From Solirubrobacteraceae bacterium (GTDB taxonomy: Bacteria; Actinomycetota; Thermoleophilia; Solirubrobacterales; Solirubrobacteraceae), in NCBI GenBank assembly GCA_035552615.1, contig DASZLC010000119.1:24046-88045 (forward strand): 64,000 nucleotides of DNA, in the 5' to 3' direction. A program made the position numbers and the translations under genes. Below are positions 1 through 9,351 of the stretch, piece after piece. Every line of letters starts with the position of its first letter. The stretch's first letter is position 1. The notes beneath the pieces are model-generated. The model ran no database searches. It saw only the letters and a program-made list of their open reading frames with translations, and had not been told where the DNA came from.

Positions 1-77
1 GCAGGAGAGCGCCGACCACGGGACAGGTTCGCCGGCCTCATAACCTTGCCGGCGAATGAAGTACCTCTCCTCCCTCA

Positions 78-117
78 ACCGCCGGGGCGTCACGCAAGTG
101 GCGCCCCGTCGGTCTTT
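78..117 (+). terminator. GC-rich hairpin with GCAA tetraloop, probable intrinsic terminator of an upstream transcript
   Basis: ACCG-C-CGGGGCGTCAC GCAA GTGGCGCCCCG-T-CGGT (15 of 16 pairs including one G-U) followed by CTTT. Confidence 0.6.
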
Positions 118-166
118 AAGCGGCGCGTCCGCCTGGCGGCAATCCCGACCTGTCAAAATGGGATTC

Positions 167-1306
167 ATGCCTACTAGAGATCAAGTCATCGACTCGCTCC
201 GCTCCGTCATCGATCCAGAGCTCCGCCGCGACATCGTCGAGCTGGAGATGGTGCGGTCGATCGACATCCACGCGAACGGGGTCGTCGACGTGACGGTCTC
301 GCTCACCACCGCCGGCTGCCCGATCCGCAACACCTTCCAGACCGGGGTGACGAACGCGATCCGGGGCGTCGAGGGCGTCACCGGCGTGAACGTCAGCTTC
401 GACGTGCTCTCCGACAACGAGAAGCAGGCGCTTGGCCGCAAGCTCGGCCGCGGCACGCTGCCCGAGGGCGCGCTCGCGCAGGTGCAGAACGTGATCTGCA
501 TCGGCTCCGGCAAGGGCGGGGTCGGCAAGTCGAGCGTCACCGCCAACCTGGCCGCCGCGCTGGCCGCGGACGGCAAGCTCGTCGGGGTGCTCGACGCCGA
601 CGTGTGGGGCTACTCGCAGCCGCGGATGCTCGGCCTGGGCGCCGAGCGACCGAAGGTCAACGCCCAGCGAAAGCTGGTCCCGCTGCAGGCCCACGACGGC
701 ATCAAGGTGATGTCGATCGGCTTCTTCGTCGAGCAGGACGCCGCCGTCGTGTGGCGCGGTCCAATGCTCCACAAGGCGCTCCAGCAATTCCTGGAGGACG
801 TCGACTGGGGCGAGCTTGACTATCTCCTGATCGATTTGCCGCCGGGTACGGGCGACGTCTCGATGACGCTGGCGCAGCTGCTGCCGCAGGCGAAGTTCGT
901 GATCGTCACGACGCCGCAGGCAGTGGCCCAGAAGGTGGCGCGACGCTCGGCCGAGATGGCGGCCAAGCTGAAGCTGGAGATCGCCGGCGTGATCGAGAAC
1001 ATGTCGGGCTTCGTCACGCCGTCCGGTGAGCGCTTCCCGATCTTCGGCGAGGGCGGCGGCCAGCTGCTGGCCGAGGAGCTGGAGGTGCCGCTGCTCGGCA
1101 CGGTACCGCTGACCATGTCGCTGCGCGAGCACTCCGACAGCGGCCTGCCGGTGGTCTTCGCCGACCCCGACGACTCCGCCTCGCAGGCGATGCGCCAGGC
1201 CGCCCGCGGTCTGATCGCGCTGAGCCCGGTCGAGCTGCCGATGATGGCGACGCCGGAGCCTCCCGCGGCGTCGAAGCCGATCGGCATGTCGCTACCGATG
1301 GCGTAA
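167..1306 (+). CDS. apbC: Mrp/NBP35 (ApbC) Fe-S cluster carrier ATPase with N-terminal DUF59-like domain
   Basis: VIDPEL..DIV...L.LTTAGCP N-terminal domain; deviant Walker A GKGGVGKS; DADVWG; WRGPM; DLPPGTGD; ENMS. Start chosen at ATG 167 (ATG 158 is an alternative). Confidence 0.93.
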   Translation: MPTRDQVIDSLRSVIDPELRRDIVELEMVRSIDIHANGVVDVTVSLTTAGCPIRNTFQTGVTNAIRGVEGVTGVNVSFDVLSDNEKQALGRKLGRGTLPEGALAQVQNVICIGSGKGGVGKSSVTANLAAALAADGKLVGVLDADVWGYSQPRMLGLGAERPKVNAQRKLVPLQAHDGIKVMSIGFFVEQDAAVVWRGPMLHKALQQFLEDVDWGELDYLLIDLPPGTGDVSMTLAQLLPQAKFVIVTTPQAVAQKVARRSAEMAAKLKLEIAGVIENMSGFVTPSGERFPIFGEGGGQLLAEELEVPLLGTVPLTMSLREHSDSGLPVVFADPDDSASQAMRQAARGLIALSPVELPMMATPEPPAASKPIGMSLPMA

Positions 1307-1321
1307 GCGTTTCCGAAAGCC

Positions 1322-1585
1322 CTATTTGCCCTCGTAGTACTGGGCGTTCAGGGCGACGTACTTCTGCCATTCGTCGGGGAGCTGGTCCTCGGCGAAGCAC
1401 GCGTCGACAGGGCAGGCCTCGACGCAGGCGTCGCAGTCGATGCACTCCTCCGGGTCGATGTAGAGCATCTCGACCTTGTCGTAGTCGGGCTCGTCCGGAG
1501 TCGGGTGAATGCAGTCGACGGGGCACACCTCGACGCACGAGTTGTCCTTCGTGCCGATGCACGGCTCGGCGATGACGTAGGCCAT
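1322..1585 (-). CDS. fdxA: Dicluster (7Fe-type) ferredoxin
   Basis: MAYVIAEPC..KD.SCVEVCPVDCI and CIDCDACVEACP motifs. Confidence 0.93.
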   Translation of the reverse strand: MAYVIAEPCIGTKDNSCVEVCPVDCIHPTPDEPDYDKVEMLYIDPEECIDCDACVEACPVDACFAEDQLPDEWQKYVALNAQYYEGK

Positions 1586-1698
1586 GGGTTCTTCGTTCTT
1601 CCTGTCGCTCGTTCAGCTGGTTCAGATTGGGAGAGGCGATCATTCTAGGGAGGCAGCGTTCCGTGCGTCCTGGCGCGCCCTCGCTAGCCTCCCGATCC

Positions 1699-2592
1699 GT
1701 GCTCCTGCTTACCGGCGCCACGGGGACAATCGGCCAGCCGTTGCTGCGCCGGCTGACCGCTGATGGCAGCCCGGTTCGGACCCTCGTCCGAAACCCGCAA
1801 CGGCTCGGCGATCAGCGCGTGCGGGTCCAGATCGCGCTCGGCGACCTCTCCGACCACCTCTCGTTCCGCCACGCGCTGCGCGGCGTCGACACCGTCGTGC
1901 ACCTGGCCTCGGTGATTCGGGACCAGCCCGGCGGCTCAATCGAGGAGCTGGCCGGCGTCGCCACCTGGCGGCTCGTCCGCGCCGCCGAGCGGGAGGGCGT
2001 GAAGCGGTTCGTGTTCTTCTCTGCGCTCGGTGCCTCCACCCGCAGCCCGGCGCGGCTGATGCGGGCCAAGGCGGTGGCGGAGAAGGCCGTGATGGAGTCG
2101 TCGATGACCCACACCGTGTTCGCGCCGTCGATCGTCTACGCGCCCCGCGACCCCTACCTCCGCCTCCTGCAACGCCTCTCCTACCTGCCGCTGATGCCGC
2201 TGCCGGGCTCGGGCCGCGCCCCGTTCCAGCCGATCTGGGCTGAGGACGTCGCGCAGTGCGTGATGGCGGCGCTGCCCGGCGGGCCGCTCGCCGCCGAGGC
2301 GGAGAACGCCCGCTTTGAGCTGGCCGGGCCCGAGACCCTGACCCATGCCGACATCGTCGCCATCGCCACGCAGGCCTTCGGCCGCAACCGCGTCCAGCTG
2401 CACATCCCGACGCGACTGGTCCGCCGCACGCTGAAGGCGGTGGAGCTGTTGATGGGCCCGACGGCATTCGCCACATGGGACGAGGCCGAGCTCCTGGAGA
2501 TCCCGATGACGACCCCACACGGCACCGTCGACGCCGAGCGCCTCGGCGTGAGCCCGCAGCCGATGCGCGCGGTCCTGGGGGTGGGCGGGTAA
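1699..2592 (+). CDS. NAD(P)-binding epimerase/dehydratase, NDUFA9-like atypical SDR
   Basis: LLTGATGTIG Rossmann motif, FQPIWAEDVA, ELAGPETLT; GTG 1699 preceded by TAGCCT -10-like hexamer. Confidence 0.82.
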   Translation: MLLLTGATGTIGQPLLRRLTADGSPVRTLVRNPQRLGDQRVRVQIALGDLSDHLSFRHALRGVDTVVHLASVIRDQPGGSIEELAGVATWRLVRAAEREGVKRFVFFSALGASTRSPARLMRAKAVAEKAVMESSMTHTVFAPSIVYAPRDPYLRLLQRLSYLPLMPLPGSGRAPFQPIWAEDVAQCVMAALPGGPLAAEAENARFELAGPETLTHADIVAIATQAFGRNRVQLHIPTRLVRRTLKAVELLMGPTAFATWDEAELLEIPMTTPHGTVDAERLGVSPQPMRAVLGVGG

Positions 2593-2598
2593 TCGCCC

Positions 2599-2615
2599 AG
2601 GGGGGATTACCCCCT
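2599..2615. terminator. Short hairpin between convergent SDR and amidase genes
   Basis: AGGGGGG ATTA CCCCCT inverted repeat in a 21-nt convergent gap. Confidence 0.4.
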
Positions 2616-4047
2616 AGCCGAGCGGCGCCGGGCGCCGGTCGGCCCACGGCAGCGCCTGCTCCAGCTGCGAGGCGAGCTGCAGCAGAACCTCCTCGCGCGC
2701 CGGTGGGCCGATCAGCTGGACGGCGGTCGGCAGCCCGTCGGTGCCGTGATAGAGCGGGAGCGAGATCGCCGGCTGCCCGGTGACGTTCACGATCGCCGTG
2801 TACGGGGTGAACTCGCCGGAGCGGCGGAAGTGATCCCACGGGTCGGGGCCGCGGCCGTGGACCTCGCCGGTCGGCAGCGGGCGCTTGGCCAGGGCGGGGG
2901 TGAGAACGACGTCGTAGGGCGCGGTGAAGCTGATGATCGAGCGGGCGAGCGACTGCAGCTCGCCGCGCGCGCGCAGGAAGCTGAGCGAGCTCTGCTCCAG
3001 CGCCTTCTCGTACAGCAGCCAGGTGAGCGGCTCGACGTCGTCCTGAAGCGGCTCACGACCCTCCAGGCGGCCGCCGACCAGCGTTGTCATCGACACCATC
3101 GGCCCGAACAGGCGCGAGAACTCCTGGAGCAGATCCTGCCCCGACCAGGGCGGCGCGATCTCCTCGACCTCGTGCCCGAGGCTGGCCAGCAGCTCGGCAC
3201 AGTCATGCACGGCGGTGCGACACATGGGGTCGAGCGGCCGCTCGCTCAGCGGCATGTTCAACGCCAGGCCAACGCGCAGACGGCCCGGGTCGTGCCGCGC
3301 GAGCTCGGCGTAGCTGGCGTCCGGCGCCGACGGCGGCGGCGCCCAGGTGGCATCGCCAAGCTCGTAGCCGGCGATCAGGTCGAGCACTTCAGCGGTGTCC
3401 GCCACGCTGCGGGTCAGGACGCCGTCCTCCGTCAAATAGCTGTCGCCGCTGTCGGGACCGACCGAGATCCGCCCGCGCGCGGCCTTCATCCCGACGACAC
3501 CGCAGCACGCCGCCGGAATCCGGATCGAGCCGCCGCCGTCGTTGCCGTGGGCGATCGGCACCATCCCGGCGGCCACCGCGGCGGCGGACCCGCCCGAGGA
3601 GCCGCCCGGGGTGCGCGTCACGTCCCACGGGTTGGCGGTGGGGCCGAAACGCCGCGACTCGGTCGTCGGCAGGATGCCCATCTCCGGCATCGCCGTCTTG
3701 CCGACGATCACGAACCCGGCGTCGCGCAACCGGCGCACGAAATACGCGTCGCGGCGGGCCAGGCGGTCCCCGAACAGGTCGCTGCAGTGCGTTGTCGGCA
3801 TCCCGGCCACGGGGCGGTTGTCCTTGATCGCGATCGGGACCCCGGCGAACGGCCGCGGGTCGGCGGTCTCGATATCGCCCGCCGCGACCAGCGCCGATTC
3901 GGTCGCGACGTAGGTGAAGGCGTTGATGATCGGGTCGCTGGCCGCGATCGCGTCGAGCGCGTCCTGCACCAGCTCGGTGGCGCTCAGCTGGCCGGAGCGG
4001 ACCATCGAGGCCAGCTTCGACGGCGCGTTGTACATCAGCTCGGACAT
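2614..4047 (-). CDS. Amidase signature family protein
   Basis: [37 protein letters not shown]; AGGAG RBS before ATG 4047. Confidence 0.93.
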   Translation of the reverse strand: MSELMYNAPSKLASMVRSGQLSATELVQDALDAIAASDPIINAFTYVATESALVAAGDIETADPRPFAGVPIAIKDNRPVAGMPTTHCSDLFGDRLARRDAYFVRRLRDAGFVIVGKTAMPEMGILPTTESRRFGPTANPWDVTRTPGGSSGGSAAAVAAGMVPIAHGNDGGGSIRIPAACCGVVGMKAARGRISVGPDSGDSYLTEDGVLTRSVADTAEVLDLIAGYELGDATWAPPPSAPDASYAELARHDPGRLRVGLALNMPLSERPLDPMCRTAVHDCAELLASLGHEVEEIAPPWSGQDLLQEFSRLFGPMVSMTTLVGGRLEGREPLQDDVEPLTWLLYEKALEQSSLSFLRARGELQSLARSIISFTAPYDVVLTPALAKRPLPTGEVHGRGPDPWDHFRRSGEFTPYTAIVNVTGQPAISLPLYHGTDGLPTAVQLIGPPAREEVLLQLASQLEQALPWADRRPAPLG

Positions 4048-4134
4048 CGATCTCGCTCCTTGGCCGGGGCCCAGATGATCGCGAATCAATACTCTGTGGA
4101 CCCTCCCCGCGCAAATTCCAGGAGCCGAATCCTC

Positions 4135-5223
4135 ATGAGTGCCACCAGCGAAGTTCAGTCCGGACTGGAGGGCGTAGTCGCCTTCGCCACCGAGATCGCC
4201 GAGCCCGACCGCGCCGGCGGCGCGCTGCGCTACCGGGGCGTCGACATCGAGGAGCTCGTCGGCGCCGTGCCGTTCGGACAGGTGTGGGGCCTGCTCGTCG
4301 ACGGCCACCTCCTGCCGGGGCTACCGCCCGCCGAACCGCACCCGCTGATGGTCCACTCCGGCAACCCGCGCGTGGACGTCCAGGCGGCGCTCGCGATCCT
4401 CGGCCCGCACTGGGGTTTCGGCGAGCTGATCGACATCTCCGACGAGGAGGCGCGCGACAACCTGGCCCGCGCCTCCGTGATGGCGCTGTCGTTCGTCGCC
4501 CAGTCGGCGCGCGGGATCGGCAAGCCGCCCGTGCCACAGCGCGAGATCGACACGGCCAAGACGATCGCGGAGCGCTTCCTACTGCGCTGGCGCGGCGAGG
4601 CCGACCCGCGTCACGTGAAGGCGATCGACGCCTACTGGTGCTCGGCCGCCGAGCACGGCATGAACGCCTCCACGTTCACCGCTCGGGTCGTTGCCTCCAC
4701 CGGCGCGGACGTGGCGGCCGCGCTCTCCGCGGCCGTCGGCGCGCTCAGCGGCCCGCTCCACGGCGGCGCCCCGAGCCGTGTGCTGAAGATGCTCGACGAG
4801 GTCGACGAGATGGGAGACGCTGAGAAGTGGGTGACGCAGGCGCTCGACCGCGGCGATCGGTTGATGGGCTTCGGGCACCGCGTCTATCGCGCCGAGGATC
4901 CGCGCGCCCGGGTACTGCGCCGGACCGCCAAGGAGATCGGCGCGTCGCGGGTCGAGGTGGCAGAGGCGGTCGAACAGGCCGCGCTGGCTGAGCTGAAGGT
5001 CCGCCAGCCCGACCGCGTACTCGCCACCAACGTCGAGTTCTGGTCGGCCGTGGTGCTCGACTTCGCCGACGTCCCGCCGGAGCTGTTCACGCCGATGTTC
5101 ACGTGCGCCCGCACCGCCGGCTGGTCGGCGCACATCATGGAGCAGAAGCGCGAGGGCCGGCTGATCCGCCCGACGGCCAAGTACGTCGGCCCGCCGCCGC
5201 GCCCACTATCAGACCTGCAGTAG
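4135..5223 (+). CDS. citA: Citrate synthase 2 (actinobacterial CitA type)
   Basis: SGLEGVVAF, AEHGMNASTF, GPLHGGA, LMGFGHRVY, NVEFW, RTAGWSAH; AGGAG upstream. Confidence 0.93.
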   Translation: MSATSEVQSGLEGVVAFATEIAEPDRAGGALRYRGVDIEELVGAVPFGQVWGLLVDGHLLPGLPPAEPHPLMVHSGNPRVDVQAALAILGPHWGFGELIDISDEEARDNLARASVMALSFVAQSARGIGKPPVPQREIDTAKTIAERFLLRWRGEADPRHVKAIDAYWCSAAEHGMNASTFTARVVASTGADVAAALSAAVGALSGPLHGGAPSRVLKMLDEVDEMGDAEKWVTQALDRGDRLMGFGHRVYRAEDPRARVLRRTAKEIGASRVEVAEAVEQAALAELKVRQPDRVLATNVEFWSAVVLDFADVPPELFTPMFTCARTAGWSAHIMEQKREGRLIRPTAKYVGPPPRPLSDLQ

Positions 5224-5232
5224 TCAGGACCC

Positions 5233-7368
5233 TCAGCGGCCGTACGGGCCGCTGACATAGTCGGCCAGCATCCGCGTCGCGGCGAAGCGCGGGCCCAGCG
5301 TCATCATCGAGCGGGCGATCGTCTCCAGCCAGCGCGCCGGGAGCCCGTCCGCATCCCGCTCGTAGAAGGCGGGCACCACCTCCTCGTCGAGCGCGCGATG
5401 CAGCTCGGCGGCGTGGCGGGCGTCCTGTGCCTCGGCGTCGTGGTCGATCTCGCCGGAGATCGCCCAGCCGTTGTGACCGTCGAACGCCTCGGCCCACCAC
5501 CCGTCGAGCACGCTGAGCTGCAGCCCGCCGTTGATGGCTGACTTCATCCCGCTGGTCCCGCTCGCCTCCAGCGGCGGGCGCGGGACGTTCAGCCACACGT
5601 CGCAGCCGCGGACCAGGCGCGCCCCGACGGCGAGGTCGTAGTCGTCGAGGAACACGACGCGCTCGGCGACCTGGCGCGCGTACTTCAGGCCGAACAGGCG
5701 CTGGAGCACGCGCTTGGCCTCGTCGTCGCGCGGATGCGCCTTCCCGGCCAGCACGACCTGGACCGGGCGATCGCCGCCGAGCAGCCCAAGCGTCCATTCG
5801 GGGTCGCGGGTCAGCAGGTCGAGCCGCTTGTAGGTGGCCACGCGGCGCGCGAAGCCAATCGTCAGCACGTCGGGGTCGAGCGCCTCCTGCGCGGCCAGCA
5901 CGTACTCGCGCACATCGCCGCGGGCGAGCCGGTCGGCCGTGCTGCGTCGGCGCAGAAAGGCGATCAGCTCGGCGCGCTGGGCGCTGCGGGCCTGCCACAG
6001 CTCCGCGGGCGGCACGTCGCCGATCGCCTCCCAGGCGCCGGCAACCGCGTCCCCGAACATCCAGTCCTGACCGACGTGGCGCTCCAGCAGCTCCCGGATC
6101 GGCGCCCCGATCCAGCTCGGCACGTGCACGCCATTGGTGACGTGGCCGATCGGGACGCCCTGCACGGAGCGCTGGGGCCACAGGGCATGCCACATCTCGC
6201 GTGCCACCTCGCCGTGGCGGCTGGAGACGGCGTTGGCGGCGCGGCTCATCCGCAGGGCGGCCTGGGTCACGCCGAACGGCTGCTCCTCGTCGCCCGGATC
6301 GGTCCGCCCGAGCGCCACTACCTCCTCGACGCCGACGCCGAGCTCGGCGGCCAGGCCGGCGATGGCGCGCCGCACCTGGTCGGCGGGATAGGCGTCGTTG
6401 CCGGCGGGGACCGGTGTGTGGGTGGTGAAGATCGTCCGGCGCCGGGCCGCGGCGAGCGCGTCGTCGAGCGGCGCTGACCCCAGCTGAGCGGCCGCCAGCT
6501 GCAGCGGCGCGAGCGCGGCGTGACCCTCGTTCAGGTGGACGACCGCCGGGTCATATCCGAGCGCCGAGAGCGCGCGAACGCCACCGGCGCCGAGCAGCAC
6601 GTACTGCGACAGGCGGGTGTCGGCGTCGCCCTCGTACAGCCGCCCGGTGATCCACCGCTCCAGAGCGTCGTTGGCTGGCAGGTCGGTGTCGAGCAGGAAC
6701 AGCGGCACCCGGCCGACGTCGACCCGCCAGATCTGCGCGGTGACGTTGGCATCGTAGATCGGCAGCGCGATCGTCAGCGGGGCCCCGTCCTGCGCGGTTA
6801 CCAACGCGCACGGCAGCCGCTGGGGGTCGGAGTCGATCCAATACTCGTGCTGCCACCCGCTCGCGTCGATGCGCTGGCGGAAGTAGCCCTTGCGGTACAT
6901 CAGGCCGACGGCGACCATCGGCACCGCTCGGTCGGATGCCTCCTTCAGCAGATCGCCGGCCAGCGCGCCGAGCCCACCCGAATAGACGGGCAGCGAGACG
7001 TGAACGCCGTACTCGGCGCACAGGAACGCCATCCGTTCGCCGCCGGCTGAGGGCCGGGCCAGATCGGCCGCGATCGTCTCGGCCAGCTCCGCGGCGCGTG
7101 CCACCAGGCTCCGATCGCCGGCAGCGCGGCGCAGCGTCGCCGCCGAGCACTCAGTGAGGAGCCGCACGGGGTTGCCGTGGCAGAGCTCAAAGCGCTCGGG
7201 GTCGATCGCCGCGAACAGCTCGGGACCGCCCGGCGTCCAGCACCAGCGGTAGTTGTAGGCGGCGCGCGCCAGCGGGCGCAGCGCGTCAGGGAGCCGCTCG
7301 GCGAGCTCGCTCGCCGCCCGAGCGAGATCACCGCGGCCGTCTGGGAAGGTGGCGATACCGTCCTGCAC
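5233..7368 (-). CDS. glgP: Alpha-glucan (glycogen) phosphorylase
   Basis: YSGGLG.LAGD, HLNEGH, FTTHTPVPAG, VTNGVH, FARR.ATYKR, EASGTSGMK (PLP lysine). Confidence 0.95.
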   Translation of the reverse strand: MQDGIATFPDGRGDLARAASELAERLPDALRPLARAAYNYRWCWTPGGPELFAAIDPERFELCHGNPVRLLTECSAATLRRAAGDRSLVARAAELAETIAADLARPSAGGERMAFLCAEYGVHVSLPVYSGGLGALAGDLLKEASDRAVPMVAVGLMYRKGYFRQRIDASGWQHEYWIDSDPQRLPCALVTAQDGAPLTIALPIYDANVTAQIWRVDVGRVPLFLLDTDLPANDALERWITGRLYEGDADTRLSQYVLLGAGGVRALSALGYDPAVVHLNEGHAALAPLQLAAAQLGSAPLDDALAAARRRTIFTTHTPVPAGNDAYPADQVRRAIAGLAAELGVGVEEVVALGRTDPGDEEQPFGVTQAALRMSRAANAVSSRHGEVAREMWHALWPQRSVQGVPIGHVTNGVHVPSWIGAPIRELLERHVGQDWMFGDAVAGAWEAIGDVPPAELWQARSAQRAELIAFLRRRSTADRLARGDVREYVLAAQEALDPDVLTIGFARRVATYKRLDLLTRDPEWTLGLLGGDRPVQVVLAGKAHPRDDEAKRVLQRLFGLKYARQVAERVVFLDDYDLAVGARLVRGCDVWLNVPRPPLEASGTSGMKSAINGGLQLSVLDGWWAEAFDGHNGWAISGEIDHDAEAQDARHAAELHRALDEEVVPAFYERDADGLPARWLETIARSMMTLGPRFAATRMLADYVSGPYGR

Positions 7369-7369
7369 G

Positions 7370-8095
7370 GTGACGATTAATGCACACGACTGCCGTCAGG
7401 GCCTCCTTGCCTTCGGCGACTCGATCACCAACGGCGGCGGCGAGCTGCAGTGGGGCGTGGCGCTCCAGTCGTGGGCCCAGTGGACGGCGCGCTCGCTCGG
7501 CCTGCCGTTCACCAACTACGCCTTCGACGGCGCCACGGCGAGCGACGTCGTCGGCCACCAGCTCTCCGCTCACCACCGGATCAACGCGCTCCCCGACGCC
7601 CACTACCACCTCGGCTGCCTGTACATCGGGGTGAACGACGTGCGCGCCGTGCAGTGGGACCCGGCCCGCTACGAGCACGACTTCGCCACCGCGCTGCAGT
7701 ACCTGCGGGAGCGCTCGGATCGCGTCCTGACCGTGACGATTCCGCTCGATCTCGGGCGCCCGCGCGCCGGCGCCAAGGTGCCGGAGGCGAACGCGATCAT
7801 CGAGCGCCAGGCAGCGAGCTTCAACGCGCTGGTCCTCGACCTGCGGGACCTTGCGGGGCGCGGCGTGATGATGGCCGACCACGTCCACCCCACTGCGCTG
7901 GGCCAGATCGCGATCGCCGAGCGCGCCGTGGACGCCCTCGCCGCCGACGGACTGCAGGCCGCGGCGTCGCCGCGTGCCATGGTGACCCCGCAGATCAGCC
8001 GGCGCGGGCGGATCTCGGGCGAGTTGCGCTACGCCCGCCGCGTGGTGAAACGGGAGCTGGGGACGCGGCTGCGAGCCGCCCGCTCTCCTCGCTGA
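7370..8095 (+). CDS. SGNH/GDSL hydrolase
   Basis: FGDSIT block I, GVND block III, DHVHP block V; start uncertain (GTG 7370 preferred over 7349). Confidence 0.85.
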   Translation: MTINAHDCRQGLLAFGDSITNGGGELQWGVALQSWAQWTARSLGLPFTNYAFDGATASDVVGHQLSAHHRINALPDAHYHLGCLYIGVNDVRAVQWDPARYEHDFATALQYLRERSDRVLTVTIPLDLGRPRAGAKVPEANAIIERQAASFNALVLDLRDLAGRGVMMADHVHPTALGQIAIAERAVDALAADGLQAAASPRAMVTPQISRRGRISGELRYARRVVKRELGTRLRAARSPR

Positions 8096-9305
8096 CCTCG
8101 CGCAGACGACGCGCCAGCGCGGGCGTCAGCGCGCCCGGCTCCATCCGCCAGCGCCAGCTGCCGGTGGCGCGCCCCGGGGCGTTCATGCGCGCCTCGCTGC
8201 CGAGACCGAGCACGTCCTGGGCCTGGATCATCGCCAACCGGGCCGGGGAGGCGAACGCCAGCCGGATCAGCCCCCACCACGCCTCGCGATCGTTGATGGC
8301 GTGGGCACGAAGGACCGCGTCGACCGACGCGCGGAGCGGCGGCGTCAACCCCGAGTACCACCCGCGCGCGGTGTCATGGTCGTGGGTGCCGGTGTAGACG
8401 ACGCGGTGCTCGACGTGGTTCTCGAAGCGGTGCGGTCCGTGCGGGTCATCGGGATCGAAGCCGAACTGGAGCACGAGCATGCCCGCCAGCCCAAGCGCGT
8501 CCCGCAACCGCTGTACCGCCGGCGTGATCACGCCGAGGTCCTCGGCGACCAGGCGCGGCGGAAGCGGCACCCCGAGCTCGCGCGAGACGGCGCGAAACAG
8601 CGCCGCCCCAGGGCCGCGCCGCCAGCGCCCGCCGGCGGCGTCGCGCGCGCCGAGCGGCACCTCCCAGTAGGCCACGAACCCGCGGAAGTGGTCGAGGCGG
8701 GCGAGGTCGAACAGCTGAAGCGTGCGGCGCAGGCGCTCGACCCACCACCGGTAGCCGGTGCGCTGCAACGCGGGCCAGTCGTACAGCGGGTTGCCCCACA
8801 GCTGTCCCTTGGCGGAGTACGCGTCGGGCGGGGCGCCCGCCTGGACGCCCTGGCGGAACAGGTCCCCATGGGCACGATGATCGGCGCTCCCCGGCGAGAC
8901 ATAGATGGCGACATCGCCGTACAGGCGCACGCCGCGCTCGGCGGCGTAGGCGCGCAGCGCGCCCCACTCGCGGGCGAAACGGACCTGGTCGGCGGCCGCG
9001 CCGCGACCCCCATATCGCTCCCAGTCGCCGATCCAGAACGCCTCGCGCTGGCGGAACTCGAGCAGCTCGGAGGCGCTCACCGGGGCCCGCCGGTCGGCCA
9101 GCAGCCCCGGCCAGGCCGCGAACGCCGACTGCGCCTTGTACGGCGAGTGGTAGCGGTCGGGCGGGGTGAGCGGCAGCACCTGCCACCACGACTGCCCCGC
9201 CTCGGCCAGCCAGTCGACGAACCGGTACGCCCCGGGCCCCAGCCGGCCCTCCGGCAGCGAGGTGATATGCAGCTGGACGCCGCTGCAGCGCCGGTGGTCG
9301 TTCAC
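7995..9305 (-). CDS. malQ: 4-alpha-glucanotransferase (amylomaltase, GH77)
   Basis: SGVQLHITSLP, WQVLPL, GAPPD, QLWGNPLY, RLDHFRGF, AEDLG, YTGTHDHDT, MNAPG; start set at GTG 9305. Confidence 0.93.
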   Translation of the reverse strand: MNDHRRCSGVQLHITSLPEGRLGPGAYRFVDWLAEAGQSWWQVLPLTPPDRYHSPYKAQSAFAAWPGLLADRRAPVSASELLEFRQREAFWIGDWERYGGRGAAADQVRFAREWGALRAYAAERGVRLYGDVAIYVSPGSADHRAHGDLFRQGVQAGAPPDAYSAKGQLWGNPLYDWPALQRTGYRWWVERLRRTLQLFDLARLDHFRGFVAYWEVPLGARDAAGGRWRRGPGAALFRAVSRELGVPLPPRLVAEDLGVITPAVQRLRDALGLAGMLVLQFGFDPDDPHGPHRFENHVEHRVVYTGTHDHDTARGWYSGLTPPLRASVDAVLRAHAINDREAWWGLIRLAFASPARLAMIQAQDVLGLGSEARMNAPGRATGSWRWRMEPGALTPALARRLREVSEESGRLAAASPAPVSPRGGRSATRPRSARAG

Positions 9306-9313
9306 AACCCGGT

Positions 9314-9343
9314 GTTTACCCGAAGCGGCGAGCGGGTTACTTT
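9314..9343. promoter_or_regulatory. Back-to-back SigB/SigF-like promoter elements between divergent malQ and glgE
   Basis: Plus strand GTTT-N16-GGGTTA; minus strand GGGTAA 10 nt before the malQ GTG; TACTTT 8 nt before the glgE GTG. Confidence 0.45.
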
Positions 9344-9351
9344 TCAAACTA

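Noticed and set aside
2746-4134. Apparent long N-terminal extensions of citrate synthase, glgE, glgB, alpha-E, TGase, yhaM, ECF sigma, TetR and udgB in the ORF track
   Set aside because: The extensions overlap neighbouring real genes, and family homology begins at the downstream starts given in the features. They are not fusions.
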